Below, piece by piece: positions 1-12,600 of a stretch of DNA of 64,000 bases. Numbering within the stretch: the stretch's first letter is position 1; every line of letters begins with the position of its first letter. A program made the position numbers and the translations under genes. Source of the stretch: Convolutriloba macropyga. Lineage: Eukaryota. The notes beneath the pieces were generated by a model. It did not search any database. It was given only the letters and a program-made list of their open reading frames with translations, and was not told the DNA's origin. The stretch is taken from assembly GCF_964194025.1 (NCBI RefSeq), contig NC_134476.1, forward strand, positions 56,110,001 to 56,174,000, in the 5' to 3' direction.

Positions 1-270
1 GACACGCATACGCCTCAGCTGCTGGTACTATTGGAGGTTCGTTTACACTTTAAACCGCACCGCTTTAAAAATTTCGGCTAATTCTTAGTGAGAGGATTTT
101 CCCCTGTTTGAGTGTTAAGATCTTGATAAAAAAGAGGTGTGTCTCTTAGATTAAGTTTATTTCAGAATTCTACTTTACATTGTTCAATGAAAAATCAAAT
201 TTTTGTAGTTTTGAGGGACAAAACTAGTGACTCGTACGTAAATGATAAAAAAAATTATACATTTCGTCAG

Positions 271-601
271 TGGAGAAGGTCCCATGATACGTTGCAATAT
301 TCAGGATTGATTTCAGGTCATGGTCATTATAACCTAATGGATGTGTCCCTGCAATCTCCAGTGATGGACCCCTCAACTATGAAACTACTGTACCCACATC
401 AACAGCACCACCCCTCCAACCCACTCAGCCTGGGGCTCACTGGCTTCACTCCAATGGGAATGGGACAGGGAATGCAAGCATTCGTGGACCCCACTTACTA
501 CGATGACATTGATAAGTTATTCATGGAGTTCACAAGAGAAGTTCATCCACAACAGCTAGAAAATCTCGATTCCGGCAACTTCTCTCCCCATCAATATTCT
601 G
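271..601 (+). CDS. Eph: Eph exon A: juxtamembrane region
   Basis: tcag acceptor ending at 270 (alternative tttcag ending at 316); donor G|gtgagt at 602, phase 1; encodes [24 protein letters not shown]. Confidence 0.8.
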
Positions 602-3600
602 GTGAGTCATAACCATCCGAAAAGTTTAATGAATAGCATCAGAATGTGACCAGCTTTAATATTTAGTTTCACTTGAAATTGTTGTAACTACAGTGAGCCA
701 TCTAATTTTCATGTTATCCTGCTTTAAAATAAATACTCTTTTATAATTATCACATCCCATTTTACAGTTCTGCCTGCATTTTATATTTAATTTCAAATCT
801 TAATTTTGTTTGCAATGATATTGTCTTGAACGGAACAAATTGGTCTCATGTGAATATTTTGATAGCCTGAAGAGTTTTGGTGCCTTGACATTAGTTCAGT
901 GTGCGTATGTGGCTAACGATGTCATATTTCATTTAGAGCAGCCACATAAACTAGCCCTGTTGCACCCCATTCCCAACTTGCAAGTGTGATCTCAGATGTT
1001 GGCTAAATTAGAATTTACTTTGAAAAAGAGGCAAAGGGGGAACGGAGCATTACAAGGGGGGAGGCGGCAAAATAAACGAAGACAACAATAAATATGGGCT
1101 GATAAACAAGGGCCCAAATTAAATTTGTTCATCAAAATGCGACTCACTTTTTTAACATTCCACATTGGGCTAATTTGAATTTTCGTCGCTCTTTTCCGGG
1201 TTTATGGCCCAGTAGTAATTACAAACACCTCATACACGTTGTTTGCGTTGTCATGTACCTATTGAACACGTGAAATGCAATACATGCGCTTGTAGAACAT
1301 GAAGGGCGGGGTTGAATGCAGTTTTGTTCCATTTATTTTAAAAATAGGAAAATTATCCCTTTGTTCCTCCTTTTTCCTTAATTAAATTCATTGGGAAACT
1401 AATTTAAATAGTTAACAATACAAAGCCTGTATGTAATCTTCTTTTTTCATCAACAAAATTTCAAATTGCAATTTTTCAATTTCTTGTTTGGGTTTGTTTT
1501 GATAGGCGGAAGGGGAAATGAAATTGGAGCAGACCTTGGCCCATTAATGTAATCTCTATTCACTCTCTGACAAATATAATCAGTTTCGCTTTAAAAGCAA
1601 AGATATTCTGAAATGCTAACATTTCAAATCACTGTCACACGCAAATGACTTACAAGGCACTATTTAGTCAACAGAAATACAGTTTGTTTAGTCTATTCAG
1701 CAGTGAGCGAGAGTGAGTGAGAGGGAGGAGGGGGCTCTCGCTACTTTTCGGGTCTCTAGACTGCTAGACCTCCCAAGAGTACCACTACTACTACTATATA
1801 TAATATTACTAGTGGGCCAGCGATATTACTACTAATATTATTACTAGGTTAAGAGTGTTATGAGTTATAGCCAGGCCAATAACTAACTACTTAGAGGTTT
1901 AATCTCTCCGCCCTAGCTGAAGGTCTGTTTTTAATCAGAGGAATCGAGACCTCCTCGCTTATCCCTCTCCCTTTTCTCTCTCCTTCCTTAACTCTTCTTC
2001 TAGATGGGAGGGGGAGTTTGCAAATTAATCTTAAATTGGGAATAAAGCTATAAAAGCAATTGATCCAATTCATTTCCCCGGTTGTCTCTGAGCTTGCATG
2101 CTTTTAACGTGTCTTAAATTGTCCGACCAGGGACTTACAGCTGAAGGAAGCCATCTCAGTTTAAGCCTATAAGAAATATTTGCCGCTAATATCTACTGGT
2201 TGTGAAATTACTACTGCTGTCGAGTGGCAATGATGAACCGTTTTGAAGATCAAAGTCACTTAGTAACTTCATGGCTTCTAAAAATGTTTCAATTGAGTTG
2301 ATACTTTATAGTGCAAAGATGTACCATTGTATGCTTTCTTTGTGTACAATTTTGTCCTGACCGGGTTAAGACCAGATTAGCCATGTTTCTGTTAACTATG
2401 TCTTTTTCCAACTGTATTCACTGCTTTTGTGTCAGGAAGAACTAAATCATTTGTTTTGTTTCCTTGAGTATTCTATTAATATGATTAATATTATTAGTAT
2501 TCTATGATCTCCTCCATTTCCGAAGCATAAGTTCCTGTAGCTTTGAAAACCTTTCCCACTAATTCCCTATTTAATCCTATATTCACGCGCTACCTCCATG
2601 TAAAAATAGGAGTCTCAATGAGAATTAATACGCCTAATTAATGCACATTTAAGCTCATATTTATGCTGAAATTAAAATTTATAGAAGCTTTTCCCAAAAG
2701 TGCTAGAATTTTAAGTTCAAATTGTAGGAACAATAGCTTGAATCCTTTTGATTGATATCTAAGGATGTAAACATTGTTTTTAGTTGACAGTTTTTTCTAA
2801 AGTGTGCATCATTTCAGCTCTGGCTAAGGGTGTGAAAGTGGACAGTGTGTCAGATGAGAAGGAGGATAGATGGAATGGACACCTGGATGGCTACAGTAGT
2901 GACACAACCAGGGCACTCCTCCACCACGCAGACCACTCCGGAGCCAGTTAGTTCTCATCATTGCCCCATCATTACCCATCTACCTCAACAAAAGCTTTTT
3001 AAAACGTTAAGACTTTTGGAAAAGTTAAGTTCCTTTCCACGTGGAAAACATCGGGACTTGTCGATTTCCAGCCAGATTCAAATATGATCAAAGTGATTGC
3101 TACGGTTGCCAGTCCAAAAAACAAAATCTTAATCACAGCATACGATAGAAATTTAGAAATAAAAAAATTAATTTAAATTAGGTGAAAAAAGGACAAAAGG
3201 ATTAAATAAAGGCAAGATTCAAAAAGTTGAATTGAAATATTCAAAGATTTGGATTGTAAGAGACAAGAGAAGGTCAGTGATAACTCGCTATCGCAGTTGT
3301 TAATAGGTGGAAATCACCATTACGTGGCAAATGTCCGAATTGGTGTTTTTGAGATAACTTGGAGACGATTTGTGAACAACAGTGACAGTATCTCGCAGGT
3401 GTAAATGACAGGAAAAGCATGAATTTGCATGTCACTTGAATACTCGGATTTCGTAATCCATGTACATGCGTGATTTTGAAGAATGCTTGGCTTTCAATGC
3501 AATATGGAAACAATGCATATTTTGGATATTAGTCAGAAGGTATTTGACCTATTAGCTCAATTGTTTTATTCCAATGAGTTATGATTGATGGCTAACTTGT

Positions 3601-6600
3601 GCTTGTGGAGGAGTAGGAAAGGTCTCCCTTCACTTGGAATAGACTATACATGAATACTGTGAGTTTGAATGTTGAATGAAGGTGGTCAGCAGAAGAGTGT
3701 GGTGGTGTTGAGAGGGTGTGACGAGTCTTCTCCCCAAGAGTTGCGACTGATGGCTATCGAGTGTGCTACCATGTCCCAGTTCTACCACCCCAATGTCCAC
3801 ATGTTACACGGGGTACTCTTCCAGGGACCCACAGTCTACATGTGTCTAGAGGACGCACCTCTCGGAACCCTAGACTCCTATCTCAGGTGAGAGATGAGCA
3901 AACAGAATTTTGTAAACTGCAATCAACAACACTTAACAGCTTCAGTGTGAAATCCTCTTGTGCAGCTTTGCAGCATCCTCAGATGGTGTCTTTAGGGCAA
4001 ATATTTGGCGCAAATTTTTGAATTTTGAGTAAATGGATTTAAAAATTATTTTGGATCCGAGGTAAGATTGCAAACAATCTTTTTTGGAGTTAATTTTTTT
4101 GAGAATTTAATTTGTATATGAGAGCATTTATTATTATTTATTGTATACGAGATGTTTCCATTATCATTTGATGTTTTAGAGCTTGTCTTCATTCTTCAAT
4201 TGAGTTGAATGGAGTGAGCGGAGTTGGAGATGCAGATGGAAAGGACCCTTCTTGTTTCCCAAGTGACCATGGTCTGTCTCAGCTGCAGCTGGTCCACCTA
4301 TTAAGAGGGGTGGCATGTGGAATGCAGTACTTGGCAGAACTAGGATACATTCACAAGGTCGGCTATGATTCAAGTGCATTTTTATATCCATTTTTGTAAC
4401 TGTGCTATGCAGTAGATTTCATTTTTTGGTCAAATCAACTTTTTTAAGGTCAGCCCTATTGCTGTTATTCATATTTTGAATGCTGCTTTTAATTTTGCAG
4501 CGTTCTTTGTTGCTATCAAATGTGAAGATTTGTATCTAAATCTTTGAGTATTTTAGCCTATAGAATTATTTAGTATTTTTTTGAGTGAGATGACAAGTCA
4601 GCTCTTTTTTCAATAATTTTATTCATAAATCAACCTATTTATAAATCCATCTTCCACGAGATTGGTTTTGTGAGACTTGAACAATTAGGATGCGTCACTT
4701 TTTAATTTATCTGCCAATTGTGATGAAATCTTTTGTGATGAGAGTTTATTCCATTTAATTTATCCTCAATTATGGCAGGAGGGAGAATTTAATATGACTG
4801 AAATGACAATTCAGTGATTAGACAAATACATATCTTTTAACAGCAACTGTCAACAGATAACACAATAGTCATTCAAACTTCTATTCAATACAATCTCAGA
4901 TTTTATTTTTGAACAAAATTTCAACGAGTCCTTTTTTATCTAAGAAACGAATAAGCAATTAGGCAGAAGCAATGTTGAAAACTCGTCTATGATAAAAACG
5001 TGTTTTCTTTTTTTTTCGTAATAAATTTGGGCCGCAACTTGCCATGAGTTTTATTCTAAGCCTGGTAAAAGCTGTAGTGACTTTTTGAATGAATTTGGTG
5101 GAATTGAGCGGTGTGACAGACGGCGTGAAATTTAGCTGATGGCTTGTCATTTAACTGAATGATCGGTAAGCGCTAATTCACCCCCAATTTGACAAGAGTC
5201 CATTTTGTCCATTCATTAATTGACCATTCACACTGAGTTTTGAGTCTTTTTGTTCTATATATAGGGGGGCAGTGAGGCGTACAGTTAATGGATTGCATTT
5301 GTGTTTGAGTTTGAAAATATAGTCTTTATATCTGGTGGTATTTGACTGACTGACAATGCTTTTAGCTCCCTCTCTCTCTCTCTCTCTCTCGCTCTACCTC
5401 TCGCCCCTTTTAGTCTATTCAACTGCAATTAACTATATGGCAACCTGCATTCAACCACAACAATCTCTGCACGTACAAACAACAAACAATGCGTCAGTGC
5501 GTCACATAAATACACACCTTAACATACTGTTCAACTTGATTGAAATTGAATGCAATCTAGCCAGTTTGTATTTATTTTTAATGCAAATGTTATCAGACTA
5601 AAAAAACGCAAAAGGGCAATTCTGCTAGCGATCAAAACTTCAACACTGATATGGTATTTAGACGAGAAAACGATACCAATGCTCATTCGTCACCCATCAG
5701 AAAATTCACCTCATTTTTATCCGGTGCAACGAATTCTCGAGAAATCGTTCAGTAACCTAACATGATAGAAAATTTTGCTCTAAATGCGAACTTGGTGTTT
5801 TAAACTTCATTTTCTTCTCTCTTATGGGAGAGAGAGGGGGTATTCCAGTAAAAAAAAAACATTCCATAGCAGTATAAGTAGTTTGTACACACCACCGAAT
5901 TGCGTTGTTTGTATTTGTTTGCTTTTGTTGTTTTGGTGACGTTTACACGAGTGTGTAAAGCAGTTAATAATTAATAGTTATTGACTAGAAGTGGAATTGG
6001 GAAGCAAGTGTGAAGCAGTGGAGGAAGGAATGGACTTAGAGAGGAAGGAAAGAGAGGAGTAAATAAATTGTTTACTCTCTTGTCTTGTTACAACCATCTT
6101 TATTTATGCCTCTTTTGCCACATTTACGATGTTCAACATACAATTTTAATGACTGCTAATCAAAATGTGGGGAGTGGAAATTGTGGAGGCGAAAAGGGGG
6201 ACAGCTTTATTGATGAAAGATTAATCAAAATAAGTGAAATAATTTCTCCTCGCTAAAACAAGTTTCTGAACGCTATGGCTGAGGAGTTGAGTGAAACTAC
6301 TTTAAAAGCGCTTTATTCACATTTAACAGTTGATGATTTATGATTGGAAGGCGTCGAAACAGGAAGCAATATACTTTCTCTTCTTAAAAAGATGGCTAAT
6401 AACAAAAGGAAACAGTTGACTATAGCGAAAGAAGACCAACAGTTAAGGACGGCAATTGATTGACTGATCGACCATAAAAGTGACACTCACGCGAACACAC
6501 TAAGCACATCTTTATTCCAGTACTTATTAATAATTTAGAATGTTGATGAAACTTGTTACCTTCGAGCCATACGTAAGCTTAGACAAGGAGCCTTTTGCAC

Positions 6601-9600
6601 AAGTGAGAAGAATCTAGATTTTTGTTGAAATGCTGGTTGATATGTTGGGTTAAAATGTTGGGTCTCTGACTTAGTGAAAATTTGTTTGTATGTTTCAGGT
6701 GTTGTGTGCCAATAATGTGTTAGTAAGTGGCAGTGGTCTGTGCAAAGTGGGTGGGTTCGAGATGCGGACTCTGTTGGAAGAAGAGGAATTGCAGGGACAC
6801 AGCTACTCAAAGGTACTATTCTCAACATGAACAAGTTAAGTAGACCAGATCCAAATCAAGCACCACTAGCCAAAACTGTGTTCAAATGGAACAATTCCGA
6901 CTGTGATGAAACATTCCAAATTAAATTTTGATTCCAATATATAGCTGCGATGAAGACTAGTATTCAAAGTTTCAATAAATGGCACAAGCTTTTAAATTTA
7001 AATTTTTCTTATTTTCATTTGGTTCAAACATAGTGTTCTAATATTTTTCAGTCGTTTGTTCCAACTTGAAATACGCCTGGACTATTTTCATTTGGAAGTA
7101 ATCAATGTTTCATCGCTACACGAAATAATTCCTCGCAATGTTTCTGCTGTGATGTAAATTGACGTGTAGAATTTATCCACATTGATTTCCCATCACTTTT
7201 TGTAATGCAGCCCTAAATCCAACACTAATCCCAACTAATCCCCACAACACCCATTTTTATGTCTCAAAGGCCCTTTTAAATGAGTTGTTCTGAAGGGGGG
7301 CCTTAATAGCTAATCACCCTACTAATGCCCTCTCCCTCACTCAATTTACTTGTCATCGAACGGCAAGTCAATTTTATCTTCACTTAAAAATAGAAGCTAC
7401 AACTGTGGATCATTCATTTCCTGTTATTTCATTTCACTTGGGATTCGTAAACCAAATTTTTGTTCTCTTATGTCAAAAGGGTTCTTCTCTGTCAAATCTA
7501 GAAACTTTAATCAAGAATTTTGTTTTAACTTTTGCTGGAACAGTCTTGATATTAAAATGTCAGAATCAATCGTGGTCACCTTTAAATGGGGCTTCATTTC
7601 CTTCGCAACCAATTTATGTATTGTTTGCAGGTAGTGGACGTGTTGAGTGGCTGGCTGGCTCCAGAAGTGATCAATTGTCGAAAGTGGAGCAGTAGCAGCG
7701 ATGTGTGGGCATTCGGGGTGCTCGCTTGGGAGACACTTTCCCACTGCCAGAGACCACCTAGTCCAAACCCAGCATTCAATCAACAACAAAACAAGTCCCA
7801 ACTGGTAAAGAGATATCCCTTACTGTGATTAATAGCCTTGTGGAGCCTGTGTTTAAAAATGTTTTTTTTTTCACAAAAAAACTTAGCTGGCAGGTTACCA
7901 TTGGTTGGCAAAATACCAATGAAATTAAGTAGGACAGAAAAAAAAGGGTTTGTTGATGTGAGTTTTTTGTGACAACATAATTGTTTGCTTCTATTAGTTA
8001 CCCTCAAATGACTGTAAATTAGAGTGACAAATACTCAGCTGACTTTATCTCCTTCAATTAAAGTTAGCAAAAATCAATTTGAGGGACGACAGGAAAGGTC
8101 ATTTCTGAGAGTGAGATAAGACACGTGTGATCATAAACTTAATCGATCGCTTGAATGGAAAAAGATCTCCGCTAGTGTGAAAAATGACGTCTTGCGCAAT
8201 TACATGAGGAATGATTAAAAAGCAGATTTGAACTGATGGTCTACGTCATATGGCCGTAGTAAAAACTTCGATGACGAAATAAAAAAACGAACGTACAAGC
8301 CTTGATTCACAATTCGAATTGAACGAACTACTTATAGATAGCACCATCGGCTTTTCACAGTAGGTAAATTGTACATAAAACTTCTCGGAGCACTGAGGAA
8401 AAGCTCTCATCTGCTTTTAGAAAAATAGTGTTGTCAAAACTATCAGGTCCACTAAGAAAAACTGAACATTGAACAACAAAGACTATTTTTTAGAAACAAG
8501 TCACACACAAAATAACAGGCAAAAGCAAAATTACAAAAAATCACTGAAACGTGCAACTGAAACAAAGTTTTTAACACTTTACACTACCATCACTTTTACA
8601 CACAAATCAATTTCATGATTATAATTATGCGACGTCGGAACAAAAACAAAAAGTGAAGGTGCCAATCAAAAATTCTCTAACAGGATTGAAAAACAAATTT
8701 TCAAAGCCAATAATTTTATTATCATTAGACTCGAACTGTTAATTGGATTCATTAGCTCCATTACGCTTTGGAGAATAAATGATAACAGTTGATAATGAAA
8801 TTAAGAAACAGAGTAAGGGCAAAACGATTTCAAAATCAAGCAAAACTTGAAATACTTAACAATTTTTCAAAAAGTCCTGCCCAACAATTTACAACCTTTA
8901 AATAAGATTAAAAGAGATCAAATTGTAAAAAATTGGAGAGCCAGTGAGAAATGTTGTTAGCGGGACTATGTGAGACAACAACGAAGAAAACAGCAACAAC
9001 AAGTTGCTTAAAAAAGCGCGACCGGGTTAATATAATTGCTACAAGTGAGGCAAGTCACGTGTGACCGAAAACTTGCTCACGTGAATGAATAATAAAACTC
9101 GCTCCACTAAGAGTGAAAAATGACGTCACACACGTAATTTTAATGAATTTGCATGAACTAATGAACAAAAAGCAGATTTGAAGTTATTGTGACGTCGTAT
9201 GGTCATATAACAGGACAAGTCCTGACCTAAAATTCAACAAATTCTCATTGACTAAGCACAAAACTAGACTTAGAACGCACACTATAAGCGAATTGGGAAA
9301 ACCATTTAAAAAAATCAGATCAAAGAAAATCAATGTCAATTGCCGCATGTGAACAAAACACCACTAGCGGGGAATTGAAATTTGGTTCAAATAAAGATCT
9401 AGGCCTAGAATGAACTATGAATGGATTGGGAAAACATTTTAGAAAAAAATACGATCCAGAAAATTTAAAAAAACCAGTAAAAATCAAAGTGAGATTGCCG
9501 CATGTGAACAAAAATCACTAAGAAGAAAGCAAATTTTTGTTCAAACACCATTTTCTCACACCACTTTAAAATTTGACCGAAACAATTTCAGGCCGCAAAA

Positions 9601-12600
9601 CTACTCGCTTTTTCGCTCCGCTTCCTATTTCGATGTGAACAAAATCAGTACTCCAATTTGACTTTAGAAATCTTGATAGTGTGTGAACAGATCTTAAAAA
9701 AGACAGCGCCCCATTGAATTTGTAAAAATTCAATGGGCAGCCTTTGAATTGTGAAAAACCAAGAGACGGCCAATAATAGCCTCAGATATCGCTTCGCGGC
9801 TATTAATAAAGCAACTGGAAGATTGCCACAAAATGGCCGCAATAGTTTCGTAGATATGCGGTCTCAAAAAGATTGTAAGACAGACAAAAAATAAACTTTT
9901 TTTTAAATGCTGAGCTGTTGTATTTTAAGCATTTTGCTGATTCTATTAGCTTCCTCTTAAAACTCTCCACTAAGAGTGAAAAATGACGTCACACACGCAA
10001 TTCAATTGAAGTTGCCCGTTTGTTTTTATAAAAAAGTTGCAATTGCTGCATTTTCGGGTTTCAGGTAGCAGATATTGCTGAATATCATTTTGTTTAGAAA
10101 CAGTTGAATTCAAAAGATCATTTGAACTAAATAGTTTGGTCAAATAAAAGAATGAACTGAAAGTGTACCCAAAACTGTTTCCAGAATTATTGAATCTATG
10201 TTTAATTTTAGAAAGGGAAAAGAATTATTTCGAAATTTATCCTACACGTTAACTCTAAATTTGTTATGTCGTTGCCTCCAAAATTATGTCCTTTTCTTTT
10301 GATTCACTTGATAATCATTTAACTTCCATTAGCAATTTCACGTGATCCTTGATTTCCATTTATTCTTAATTTATTCCATAACAAATTGACAATCAAAAGT
10401 TAGAAAAATATATAAAGTCTTGCGGCATTTTATTACTGCTTCGTAAGTTCGAGAACAACGATTGCAGCTTACTGGAGCGTTTTTTAGTACGATGCAAGTT
10501 ATCTTAGATTTTCATTAAACATCATTCTTGAGTTTTTTTGTTTGATTTTATTTGGAGCGTAGCTGGGAACGCGACAGTGATTTTGGTTGATAATCCACAG
10601 TTTACTAGCACAGTTGCTTCAACTCTTTAAGATCAAATATGCTTTCTGCGATAAACAAGACATATGGCCGACAATTGTTTAGCATTTCTGTCTTCTGACA
10701 CAAATCCACAAAATATTTTGACAACACTTTTTACAATAGCAATAAAAACGAGAAACGCTTCCAGGCTATAAACGTGTTAAATTATAGTGTAAACGACAAG
10801 AGCCGTTTTTTTCGGGATAGTTAATATAATCTCTACGGATGGAAAATGTTGTTGGGTGAGAAATTTGTGCATGCATGTTTATTGACATCCGGACTTTGTT
10901 GCATTGTAGTGGTGACATATTAACAAGGTGTGGCTTAGCCTGCAGCCTTTGCTATTTCATGTGAAATGAGAGGAGCAAAGTTGAGATACAGGGATAAGTG
11001 ACAAGTATGAGGTTGGTTTGGCAGAGACTAGTTGATACCGAGTGCATATATTGCTACTTTGTGGGCTGAGTGGTAGAAGAGTGTGGTGGTTGAGCGGTTA
11101 TTTATGGCTTTGAGGGCACACACAGCCCAAAGACATCTCGCTTGACTGCTGTTAGCTATGATCACAAGTTTAGTTTCATGTGTCAGTGGGAGATATAGGC
11201 TGCAAGATGAGCGGAAGAGCGATATAGAGGACTAAAATAACTATGGCATTTGTTTATTGACACTAATTCCAAATCCCCAGCTATTCTTACCCCAAGGGTC
11301 AACTATCAGCTGTTATCTTTGCCAAATTATCTGGTCATACCTTAGCTATATTTGGTGTTTTATCTGTGTAATAAATGTGTGATAACTGCTGTAATAACAT
11401 GTGTGTAATAACTCGTGATTGAACCCGGGTGGGTTAACCTCAATCAAAGGGGCGAATTAGTTGTTGGCTGGGACGGGGCAATTGGCCTTGAGTAGGATAA
11501 TAAACATTGTGGGGGTGTCGAATCATGAATGCAAATTAACCTCAACACTCCAGGGCATGTGTTTCATGTCAGCTTTACTAGAGAATACCTCTGGCACACA
11601 AAGCATTCAAACATACATTCAATGTTGTCTAGTTCAAAAGTCACATTCGAATCAAGAACCAGTTGATAAGGACAAACACCCCGAATACAACGCCTTTAAG
11701 CTTAACTCTGCAGATATCCTGCAGTTCTTCTCCATTACCTGAAGTTGACACCACAGTAATAAATTGGATTCGAACTAAATTGGAAAACAAATAGAAACTC
11801 TATTAAATGCCCAATTTTGCTGGCTATTTGTTGTTGCAAAATTTCTGCAAAACCGGAAATTGCAAAATTTCTGTTGCGAGATTCAGATCAAAATTGTTAA
11901 ACTTAAGAAAACAAAAGAAAAATTATAAATTTGTGTATGAAGAAATACCCATTCCAATACAATTTTGTTCACTTGATGTAGAAGTTGACCAATCGACCTG
12001 TCATTTCTGACCTGTTATTTTAGCAGTGGACCAAGAATAGCGATCCAAATGCACTGCAAGCACCTGCACACCTGTGCATGATTGAGGGTATGTCACCTGT
12101 GCTGTACGAAGCTCTCATGGTGAGAGGGTGCTGGCGATCAGATCGAGCACAGCGCATGAACTTCGCCCAAATTAGAGACCTCCTTGAGAGAGCAATCCGC
12201 AATCCATCTCACCTCCATCAATCTGCAAACAGCAAAAATTCTGCGTCAGCCGTGACAATGGGAACCAGCAGCCCAGTTACCAGTCGAGAACCCATCATCA
12301 ATCCCCCGCAGAAACCACAAACCCAACTTAACAGTCCTGTGACCACCGCAAAGTAAGAAACTTTGAATTTCAAATTTTACTTGTCGATTTGTTTAATAAC
12401 CACCGTCAGCCTCTCGAAGTGTGTTATCCAGGCGCTCTCCTTTTTTTTACCATTCAAAGAATTTGAATTATATTGGGGCGCTATTTTTACGGCTCGAAGA
12501 GGAGTATTTGTGGAGCGTCTTTTTTGATCGATATTTTTTGGAGTGTTTAAAGCAGGTAAAGACAGCGAGAAAAGTATATGTGGAAAAGTTTTGCGCTAAG

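Noticed and set aside
139-270. N-terminal part of ORF 139-612 as the gene start
   Set aside because: GTG start, AT-rich intron-like composition and an acceptor at 270; the ectodomain and transmembrane exons must lie upstream of the window.
1690-2160. Purine-rich/TAAT-rich intronic block as an enhancer or extra exon
   Set aside because: No phase-compatible open exon found; the motifs are expected by chance in AT-rich DNA.
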